A stretch of 64,000 bases of DNA from Candidatus Heimdallarchaeota archaeon (GTDB taxonomy: Archaea > Asgardarchaeota > Heimdallarchaeia > JABLTI01): assembly GCA_018238155.1 (NCBI GenBank), contig JABCTZ010000036.1, positions 320,001 to 384,000 of the forward strand. Direction: 5' to 3'. Each line of letters starts with the position of its first letter. Within the stretch, counting starts at the first letter, position 1. Below, piece by piece: positions 43,586 through 51,626 of this stretch. A program made the position numbers and the translations under genes. The notes beneath the pieces were generated by a model that searched no databases, was not told the DNA's origin, and worked only from the letters and a program-made list of their open reading frames with translations.

Positions 43586-44617
43586 GTTTCAATACTCATA
43601 ATTGAGCTTTATTCTTTGCATCCCGATCTATTGACTCGTGATTTTGTAGCGACACAAGACGTTTCAATACTCATAATTGAGCTTTATTCTTTGCATCTTA
43701 CTAACCAATTGCTTCTTCTAGTTTCAGGTGAAAAACGTTTCAATACTCATAATTGAGCTTTATTCTTTGCATCCAAGCTAAAGCATCACGCAGTCGTCAT
43801 AGGAGCAACTCAGACGTTTCAATACTCATAATTGAGCTTTATTCTTTGCATCAAGTTTGTGATTTCTTATGGCTAAGTTACGCTATCAAGTTGTTTCAAT
43901 ACTCATAATTGAGCTTTATTCTTTGCATCACCAATGGCTTATCTGTGGATGGGAACAGCTTATTTTGTTTCAATACTCATAATTGAGCTTTATTCTTTGC
44001 ATCTTCATTTAGATCTGTTAGAACTTTTATCCATTTATCCTCGTTTCAATACTCATAATTGAGCTTTATTCTTTGCATCATTCCTTAATAAAAAGGTTAA
44101 CATCTCAGCAGTAAGATTGTTTCAATACTCATAATTGAGCTTTATTCTTTGCATCAAGTAATTTGGACGGTAATTTGTCAACTAACATTCTAAAGTTTCA
44201 ATACTCATAATTGAGCTTTATTCTTTGCATCCATAAATATCACCATCCTTAGTATCTTTCCATTCTAGGTTTGTTTCAATACTCATAATTGAGCTTTATT
44301 CTTTGCATCTACAAGTTTAACGACTCTAAAGCGCGCCTGGAGAGTAAGTTTCAATACTCATAATTGAGCTTTATTCTTTGCATCAATGAAAATTTCTCAG
44401 ATGATAAATGTCACTATTTGAGAGTAAGTTTCAATACTCATAATTGAGCTTTATTCTTTGCATCTGACTTGAAACACGCTAACTTGAGAGGCGCTAACTT
44501 GAGGTTTCAATACTCATAATTGAGCTTTATTCTTTGCATCACGATATAGACGCCACTAAAGGCGCAGGAAGTTTTTAATTGTTTCAATACTCATAATTGA
44601 GCTTTATTCTTTGCATC
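43586..44617 (-). CRISPR. CRISPR array: 14 identical 37-bp repeats and 13 spacers of 37-43 bp
   Basis: Plus-strand repeat GTTTCAATACTCATAATTGAGCTTTATTCTTTGCATC starts at 43586, 43661, 43737, 43816, 43893, 43967, 44043, 44119, 44195, 44273, 44348, 44428, 44504, 44581. The reverse complement ends in ATTGAAAC and contains a CTCA-ATTA-TGAG hairpin, so transcription is inferred on the minus strand. Confidence 0.99.
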
Positions 44618-44880
44618 TGACAGTTCTTAGGCGTCTAGGAGTTAAAAATCTTCTTCTCAAGGTTCTAGAACGATTTTTTCGATCAACAGCTTGGCGGGTG
44701 ACCAAAGTGGAACGAGCTTTAAAAAGACCCGCCAGATTTTAACTGTTTTTGAGGGAAAAGAAGGCAGGAGATGGGTTCTTTTACTGCTCAAACTGTCGGG
44801 TCTTCTCTCTAGCAAAGGTCTTAAATAGTACTTACGAAGACCCGCCACTCTCATAGACAGAAATGGGCTTATTTTTTGAA
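44618..44880 (-). promoter_or_regulatory. CRISPR leader
   Basis: Non-coding interval between the cas4 stop and the first repeat in transcription orientation; contains repeated ACCCG(C/A)CA motifs. Confidence 0.8.
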
Positions 44881-45447
44881 CTAAGCTCTCCAACATTGTA
44901 ACCAAAATTCGCAGTCTTGGCATTTTTTTTCATTTGGTGTGGGAGAAGGAATAATCTCTTTAGTTACAATTTGCAACATTATTGTATGCTGCTCCAAAGC
45001 ATCTATTTTATCTCGCAGTGTAATAGGAATCTCAATTCGTTTATCGGCACCATAACGAATTTCAGCTTTATTTACATCCGTTTGAAAGATATTTTCAAGG
45101 ATAATGGCTTGAATAACGAGCTGAATTAAATGGTGTTGAGGTATTGTAGAATAGATCTTACCTGTTTTAAACTCAATTGGGTAGTAATCATTATTAGATT
45201 CTACATAGGCATCAAAAAGAGCTGCTAAACCTAAATCCGGCTCGACAATGAAACGATTATAATAGATCGTTGATTTTTCCAGTTTAGTTTGAGTTTTCTT
45301 TCGTATCTTTGAATCATGATAATCAGCTCCCTTCCTCATTTTGTAAGATATTCTAGGAAAGATCTTCTTAACATATCTAAAATAGATTATTCTTGGGCAA
45401 TAAATGAACTGTCGGAAATCTTCTGCAGTAAATTCAATGTTAGTCAT
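44881..45447 (-). CDS. cas4: CRISPR-associated exonuclease Cas4
   Basis: YCPR, G..YH, FDAY, PIEFKTG, CQDCEFWLQC Fe-S cysteines. Confidence 0.92.
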   Translation of the reverse strand: MTNIEFTAEDFRQFIYCPRIIYFRYVKKIFPRISYKMRKGADYHDSKIRKKTQTKLEKSTIYYNRFIVEPDLGLAALFDAYVESNNDYYPIEFKTGKIYSTIPQHHLIQLVIQAIILENIFQTDVNKAEIRYGADKRIEIPITLRDKIDALEQHTIMLQIVTKEIIPSPTPNEKKCQDCEFWLQCWRA

Positions 45448-45761
45448 AAAATCACAACCTTTTCTTCTTCGAAACCAAACGCAGACTTCTGTTTGGTGAT
45501 CAATAGATCACTCATACCAATGTAGCTTATTTTTTCAAAACAACGAAAACATATTGGTATCACTACTACTTTCCCTAGTCTTTTTGCGAAAAGATCGCTT
45601 ATTTCCATGATGAGCATTTCAACCATATTTCTGGTTTGCTCTCCGGCAAAGACAGAAAATTGTATACGTTGGAAGCCATAGTTTTCACAAAGTTTGGCTG
45701 TTTTCGTTCGGAGAGAATCATTTGGGATGTCATAGCTTACAAGATAAAACAACAAAATCAC
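45444..45761 (-). CDS. cas2: CRISPR-associated Cas2
   Basis: LVSYDI...R...AKLCENYGFQRIQFSVF. Confidence 0.95.
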   Translation of the reverse strand: MILLFYLVSYDIPNDSLRTKTAKLCENYGFQRIQFSVFAGEQTRNMVEMLIMEISDLFAKRLGKVVVIPICFRCFEKISYIGMSDLLITKQKSAFGFEEEKVVIL

Positions 45762-46796
45762 CTACCTTTTCAGACTAAATGGTTGATAATTCTCTATGTC
45801 TCCTCTGAAGAATTTTCCTGCAGATCGAGCTTGATGTATGATATGTTGTTCAAATGACATATTTTTGTCTGTGTGTTGATTTGTTTCCTTTTGAGTAAAA
45901 GTTTTGATTAATTCTGAAAGGAAATGTTTTTTGAAATCATTCTTAAGCTTACAAAATTGACCTTGTATATCGAAATCATCAGGAGATACCTCAGACTTTC
46001 CTACAAGCCTGAGGATCAATCTATCTACAATTGGTTGTCTAAACTCCTCAATTATATCCAAAACAAAGGATGGTTTCCCGCTTCGGTCAGTATGTAAAAA
46101 ACCGGCATAGGGTTCTAAACCGGCGATTAATACTCCAGAAAGCACTTTCATCGTCAAAATTGCATAAGCATAACTGAGCATGCTATTAATAGGATCCTTG
46201 GGTGGGCGACGATTCCTGTTAGTAAAGGTAAATTCAGCGGGGATTAATTCCTTAAAAGCAGTAAAATAAGCATCTGCTGCTGCACCTTCAAAAGCAAAAA
46301 TACTTTCACGGTGAAAAGTAATTTTACGACTCATTTTTAATGATAAGTCTTTTTCCAAATAGCTTTCCAATTCTTTGCTTTTACTCTTTACTATTGAATT
46401 TGCTCGAACACTTAATTGTCTATTCTTCTGAATTCTTCGCAGAAGATTACGCTTATTTGTTATTGCACCCCTTAGAGCACTAAGAATAAACCTTGTTCCA
46501 ACAGATGATTCATATGCTAAAATCTGCGCTCTTCGTGTTGCTACCGTTCCATGAGCAACATAAGAATGTAAAATTCCAACAGGTTTTCCACCTCGGAAAA
46601 ATAATGCTGGAACACCATTTGCTGTTAACAAATCAATTGCACCTGATGTTAGTGTTGCTTTTGATTCGATAATTAACTGTTCAAGCTTCATTATTGGAAT
46701 ATAATTTTTAGCCAAGTCTTTGGAAGGATAAGTAACATAAAGTCTTTCACCTTCTTTGCCAATCTTAGCCCCATGCTCTGCAATAATAAGTATCAT
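45762..46796 (-). CDS. cas1: CRISPR-associated integrase Cas1
   Basis: FEGAAADAYF, RNRRPPKDPINSMLSYAY, GFLH, LDIIEEFRQPIVD. Confidence 0.97.
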   Translation of the reverse strand: MILIIAEHGAKIGKEGERLYVTYPSKDLAKNYIPIMKLEQLIIESKATLTSGAIDLLTANGVPALFFRGGKPVGILHSYVAHGTVATRRAQILAYESSVGTRFILSALRGAITNKRNLLRRIQKNRQLSVRANSIVKSKSKELESYLEKDLSLKMSRKITFHRESIFAFEGAAADAYFTAFKELIPAEFTFTNRNRRPPKDPINSMLSYAYAILTMKVLSGVLIAGLEPYAGFLHTDRSGKPSFVLDIIEEFRQPIVDRLILRLVGKSEVSPDDFDIQGQFCKLKNDFKKHFLSELIKTFTQKETNQHTDKNMSFEQHIIHQARSAGKFFRGDIENYQPFSLKR

Positions 46797-46824
46797 TTCT
46801 TACACCACATCTCCTCTAACTCAG

Positions 46825-47787
46825 TTAATCTGTTGTTAGAACCTCCAAGCCTTTCAAATGAGAAAGGTTGTATGCATAAACAACTTCTTCTGAAGTTTGT
46901 TGCTCTACAGGTTGCACTAGCACAATATTTCCACGAGAATAGACCACTTCACCGGCAAGCGTATTTGGGAATGAAACAGTTTTAATTTTGCGATTAGTTC
47001 CTATTTGCCCCCAAGTATCAAGTAAGTCTATATTGGTAATTTTACAATCAGGATAAAGTTCCAGTAATTGCTCCGCATAATCATAGAGTGAAACTATTTC
47101 AGAGGTTTTTTCATAGTTCGTTAGTAATTGTATCTTATCAGCAAAAGTAAGGAAAGTAGTTAGATGAAGCTGGTCAGCAATCATTGCTTCAGCAGCAAGA
47201 ACATTTTCTAAAGAACTAAATTTTGAGAGCACTAATGCTTCATCTAATCCTTGTTCAATTAAACGATAATATTTACCTTCACTTCTTCTACAATTGCTTA
47301 TCCCAACTTTGATTTTATTACCAAATCGACCAAGATAAAGATAATGATCACTATAGCATCTTGCATGCTTCCAAGCTAGTTGACAAGGATAACTTTCAAG
47401 AGTACACTTGACATCGAAAGGTTTACCTGGACCCTCGAAAATACACCTTTGACATTTATATATCAATGAATCTCTACAGAGATCACATATTGCATCTCGA
47501 GTTGCACGTGGTATAATTTCATCACAATACGAGCATCGCTTCAAACCAAACTCTAAGAAGAGAGTTCCATCTAAAGGTATGGTATAACTAAGTCCATCAC
47601 CTTGATCAACCAAAAGTTGCAAAGATTTAGACCCAACACCAAGCTTCCACAAATATCGTCGAATTATTGGTGAGTCACTTACACATATTTCTTCTCTAGA
47701 AGAAAGAACACGGTTATTTGATATTTTCCCTTTGATAATCACTTTGCTAACACCAAGTGATGTATAACAATGAAAATTAAAGAACAA
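46825..47787 (-). CDS. DUF2797-family protein (Cys-rich, GIY-YIG-like core)
   Basis: CSYC, CDLC, CQRC, then HYLYLGRFGNKIKVGIS...RLIEQG...E, matching the DUF2797 pattern HxVYLA...KVG...RWIDQGA; start uncertain. Confidence 0.78.
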   Translation of the reverse strand: MFFNFHCYTSLGVSKVIIKGKISNNRVLSSREEICVSDSPIIRRYLWKLGVGSKSLQLLVDQGDGLSYTIPLDGTLFLEFGLKRCSYCDEIIPRATRDAICDLCRDSLIYKCQRCIFEGPGKPFDVKCTLESYPCQLAWKHARCYSDHYLYLGRFGNKIKVGISNCRRSEGKYYRLIEQGLDEALVLSKFSSLENVLAAEAMIADQLHLTTFLTFADKIQLLTNYEKTSEIVSLYDYAEQLLELYPDCKITNIDLLDTWGQIGTNRKIKTVSFPNTLAGEVVYSRGNIVLVQPVEQQTSEEVVYAYNLSHLKGLEVLTTD

Positions 47788-47980
47788 GTTCTTCCAAAAA
47801 AAAGGCTTTTGAAAAATGATTTAAAAATTAAACAACTGTTTTAAAGGGTTGTTTTCATCTTTCAAGGACGGAGAATAGTCCTTAGTACACTTCTTGATCG
47901 AAAATACCAAACAGTAAAGAATAAATTCAGAATAGACAATGTAAACTGACAAGATAGAGATGTTACACGTTAGTCTATCT

Positions 47981-48005
47981 AGTAGAAGAACAAGTTTCTT
48001 CTACT
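47981..48005. promoter_or_regulatory. Palindromic candidate operator or hairpin
   Basis: AGTAGAAGAA-CAAGT-TTCTTCTACT, perfect 10-bp arms, 30 bp upstream of ATG 48036. Confidence 0.5.
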
Positions 48006-48035
48006 CACTATTTTATCTATTGAAAGGAAGAGGAA

Positions 48036-49595
48036 ATGTTGACAGGATATACACAAATACGATATAGCTGGTATATTCCTTTACCACAAATATTTACACA
48101 TGATACTTTAATAAATCAAGATTTTAGATGGATTATGAAGAATAACTTATCAAGTGAAGAAATTAAGACAAATCAAGCAATTATTAGAAATTTTGGAAAA
48201 TTACGTTTTGATAAGACAATGACTTTTCCACTTGTATCTCAAGATAATCAAGTTAGAACCTTTAAAGAAATTCCGTTTTCGCCCCTATGTTTCACTTCAA
48301 CAGAACAGAAAAAAACCGTTTTTGAATTTTGTAATTCACATTCGGAAAGTACTCAAACTGATATGAAAATTGAATCAGTCAAATTCTCAATTCAATTATA
48401 TCCAATTGGTTTTGGAGTAATTATTGCATATGTTAACTTTAGAGAAATAATTGAACCAGAAATAATTAATCATTTTGTTGATAAACTTAAATGTGGTAGA
48501 AAAAAGAAATCAATGACAAAATATGCTCATTACCTTAAAAAGCAGTTATTGAAAAGCCTTTTTCAAGAAAAAGAAATAGCCAATATTAGAACTGTTTGTC
48601 AAGGACCAAAGATTAGAGTAAACTTTATTGATCAATGTTTTTCCGAACAGAAATTTAATGACTATGCCAAAAAAATACTTGGCACTAAAAACTCTGAAAC
48701 AAAAATCCTTTTTAGATTTAATAAGAAAACAGATGATTTAACTGCTTTTTATAAAAAGGGGCTCGTGGTCTTTTCTAGCATGGACCTTTCTAGAGGAAGA
48801 AGAAGTTATTTTAGAAAAAACCTTGATTTTATAATGGATGTTTTTTATGGTGCAAATTTTCTTCTTCCGTTGATACCTTCAATAATTACTAAAGCTGATA
48901 GCATAAATAGATATGGCAAAATGAAAAAACTAATCTCTACTATCTTTTTAACGCTTAATCCACAAATATTAGAATCCAAAAATGAGCTTGATTCACTTCT
49001 TCCTACTGCAGGTTTACGATTGTGGTTTAGACTTTTTAATAAAATATTTCATTATACAGAAAATTACTCCCTGCATCTTGAAAAGATAATTGCACAAATA
49101 AATGAAATGCGTGTGGATAAATGGTATGAGCTTATTACTTCATCATTAAAGGAGAACATACCCATTGTTTCAGATCTCTTATTAAAAGATTTCAAAAAAC
49201 AAAACTATTCGATTAGAGAAATAATTACTCCAAAAATACAATTAGATGAAAGGAACAAAGAAATAATTGACTTTATGCTAGAAAGAATAACAGCTGATTT
49301 TACGAGTCGTTTTGGCTTTAATAGAAACACTCAGTTATCAAAGGATAAATTAGGATTTTGTACACTGAATGTCATTGAAAGAACTTTAGGCATTACAGGA
49401 AGAAAACATATGGAATTCAAAAATAGATTAGATCTACTTAGTAGAGTAGGTTTATTAGAAGCTGAAGCTTACAGAGGTCCTGGTTCAAGAAAAGATAGTG
49501 TGCAATATAGAGCATCACCTAGCCATCCTTATGTAGACACACATTTGAGAGTAAAATTAGCAAAAGAATCAATATCTGAACTCAAACTAAGATAG
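48036..49595 (+). CDS. Cas-locus protein with C-terminal winged HTH (putative regulator)
   Basis: C-terminal LDERNKEIIDFM...TLNVIERTLGITGRKHMEFKNRLDLLSRVGLLEAEAYRG...VQYRA; GGAAGAGG upstream of the ATG. Confidence 0.65.
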   Translation: MLTGYTQIRYSWYIPLPQIFTHDTLINQDFRWIMKNNLSSEEIKTNQAIIRNFGKLRFDKTMTFPLVSQDNQVRTFKEIPFSPLCFTSTEQKKTVFEFCNSHSESTQTDMKIESVKFSIQLYPIGFGVIIAYVNFREIIEPEIINHFVDKLKCGRKKKSMTKYAHYLKKQLLKSLFQEKEIANIRTVCQGPKIRVNFIDQCFSEQKFNDYAKKILGTKNSETKILFRFNKKTDDLTAFYKKGLVVFSSMDLSRGRRSYFRKNLDFIMDVFYGANFLLPLIPSIITKADSINRYGKMKKLISTIFLTLNPQILESKNELDSLLPTAGLRLWFRLFNKIFHYTENYSLHLEKIIAQINEMRVDKWYELITSSLKENIPIVSDLLLKDFKKQNYSIREIITPKIQLDERNKEIIDFMLERITADFTSRFGFNRNTQLSKDKLGFCTLNVIERTLGITGRKHMEFKNRLDLLSRVGLLEAEAYRGPGSRKDSVQYRASPSHPYVDTHLRVKLAKESISELKLR

Positions 49596-49654
49596 AAAAT
49601 AAGATTCCTCCTCGTTTAAAATGAGGAAACCTGCTGTCAAATCAAATGGTTTCT

Positions 49655-49705
49655 CTAAATAGCTATTTAGCGTTAATCTTTAGCAGTATGGGAATAGTTT
49701 ATATA
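49655..49705 (+). promoter_or_regulatory. Candidate promoter of the interference operon (palindrome plus TATA box)
   Basis: Perfect 16-bp palindrome CTAAATAGCTATTTAG (49655-49670) and TTTATATA (49698-49705). Confidence 0.5.
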
Positions 49706-49798
49706 ATGAAATGTTAAAAGTAGTTACAATATAAAAACAAATAAGAAATAAATTGATACTAATTGTTTCTTGGAAATAGGAATAAAGAAGTTAATATT

Positions 49799-49913
49799 AT
49801 GAAAACTGCATCATTATTCGATTTCACTGGAAATGCATTCGTCACTATACTGGAATAGCGACAATATGTGCGCTATTTAACAAAGAGAGTTTACAGGATT
49901 AAATATCGATGAT
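49799..49913 (+). pseudogene. Frameshifted relic of a Cst1/Cas8b1-type cas8 N-terminus
   Basis: With two frameshifts it reads MKTASLFDFTGNAFV/TGIATICALFNKESLQD/LNIDD. Confidence 0.6.
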
Positions 49914-49976
49914 CATAATGTCACATTAACTTTGTTTATGATATCTACTCTGAAAAACGATGGAGAGCAACTATTT

Positions 49977-51626
49977 ATGATTCTTAAAACTATAATGGAA
50001 ATCGGTAAGTCAATCAAGGAAGATGTTACAGATACTTTAGAAGAATTACAACGCCACTCCCCTAATTTAGGATCTGATATTATTCATTACATAAGAGAAG
50101 AGTATGGTTATTCAAAGAAGTGCAAAAATTATATTGTTGTAAAAATAGCAATTAACCCCTTCATTTCTAGGCTAAATGAATTCCTAGATAAATGTAGCAG
50201 AAACACAAATCTAACAGAATTAATCTCAGATGATTTGATAAAAATCAAATTGAATAAAAATAAACGACAAGAGATATTTGAGAGATTATACTCAAAAGTT
50301 GATCCAAATCTCATTATCGACTTGCAGCAAAAGGCAATTAAAGTTGAATTAAGAGATTTTGACTATAATGAATTTGATGATATAAAACTGTTGTTAGGAA
50401 ATCAGCATGGAACAACAATCTTTTATTCACCAGTCATGTATCAATCAGTTTCAAAAAGTTTAGTAACCGAGTTACCTATGTGGAAAATCAAACTCAGTAC
50501 AGAGGATAAAGTAAATTCTAGCTTTTTCGATAAACTTCCAACAATCACTGAGTATAATACAATAACTAAAATATCAAGTGAATGCATAAGGAAGGTGTTT
50601 ATCTCTGATATTTTTCTATCTGTAATAAATGATTATCTAAAGGATATAGGGCTTAAAAGTTCGAAGTATTACATAGTCTTTCTACTTGGAAAAGGTAATC
50701 TCCAAGAAGTTAAAGATTATCCTTATGAAATTGAATCATTTGTTGATTATTACAATTCCAAAATTTCAGGTACTGATGAAGGTCCGCGAGGTTTGTGTGA
50801 ACTATGCTTAGAAAAGAAGCCTGTTATACCTGGTCCTAAATCTAAGATTGGATTCTATACTGATGATCCAAAGGGAAATGTTCCTATCCACCTTAACAAT
50901 ACTTACACAATATGCAAAGAATGTAATTCTTATCTTATTGCAGGACGTAATTTCATAAAAAGTAACTTACGATTTAAGCTAGCAAATCGTGGTACTAAAA
51001 GGAAACCCAAAAATCCATTGTTTGCTTATTTTATTCCATACACAGATGATAATGATAATTTGTCAGAAATTTTGAATTTCTTTAAAATACTGGAAAAGAA
51101 GGATAAAGAGGGATTAGAAGGATTAGTTCGAAAAGAAATCATTACAAATGAATTTCTGTATGTAATGGAATCTCGAATGAATGAGGATGATCATCGAATA
51201 ATACAAGATAGTTTAGATTTTCTTATGATTCCATTCAAGTTACATTTCTCTTTACTAATAATCATCTTTTATCATCCGGAAGGACAAGCTAGTTCCTTCC
51301 ATAGCGTGAAGAGGATAATATATTTGAATTCAAATGATATTGACAGAATAAATAATGCTTATAAAAAATTGAAAGATAGAAATAGAACATTTTCTCTTAA
51401 ATCCCTTTTCTACCTATTTGGAGAGTATAAAATAGAGAAGTATATCTTATCGTTTCTGGAACTACGCAAGATGAATAAGCGTATACTATATAAAGATGCA
51501 TACATGATGCTGAAAAGGGGTTTCTTGAGAGATGCTTTAAATCCCGATAAAACATCAACTATAAGACCTACAATGTTTACTTTTACATCATTTTTATACT
51601 TGCTTAAGGAGTTGAAACTATTATGA
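49977..51626 (+). CDS. cas8b: Type I-B large subunit Cas8b (TM1802/Csh1-like), lacking the C-terminal Cas11-like domain
   Basis: Likely start MILKTIMEIGK after GGAGAG; GLCELC...FYTDDPKG...ICKEC...GRNFI zinc-finger pattern; ends FLYLLKELKLL. Confidence 0.85.
   Translation: MILKTIMEIGKSIKEDVTDTLEELQRHSPNLGSDIIHYIREEYGYSKKCKNYIVVKIAINPFISRLNEFLDKCSRNTNLTELISDDLIKIKLNKNKRQEIFERLYSKVDPNLIIDLQQKAIKVELRDFDYNEFDDIKLLLGNQHGTTIFYSPVMYQSVSKSLVTELPMWKIKLSTEDKVNSSFFDKLPTITEYNTITKISSECIRKVFISDIFLSVINDYLKDIGLKSSKYYIVFLLGKGNLQEVKDYPYEIESFVDYYNSKISGTDEGPRGLCELCLEKKPVIPGPKSKIGFYTDDPKGNVPIHLNNTYTICKECNSYLIAGRNFIKSNLRFKLANRGTKRKPKNPLFAYFIPYTDDNDNLSEILNFFKILEKKDKEGLEGLVRKEIITNEFLYVMESRMNEDDHRIIQDSLDFLMIPFKLHFSLLIIIFYHPEGQASSFHSVKRIIYLNSNDIDRINNAYKKLKDRNRTFSLKSLFYLFGEYKIEKYILSFLELRKMNKRILYKDAYMMLKRGFLRDALNPDKTSTIRPTMFTFTSFLYLLKELKLL

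Noticed and set aside
43523-43756. 77-aa ORF with repeated VSILIIELYSLH
   Set aside because: It is a translation of CRISPR repeats.
43623-44580. Self-targeting spacers
   Set aside because: No match within the window was noticed by eye; an exhaustive alignment was not possible.
44657-44923. 88-aa ORF downstream of cas4
   Set aside because: It covers the CRISPR leader, overlaps cas4 and has no protein motif.
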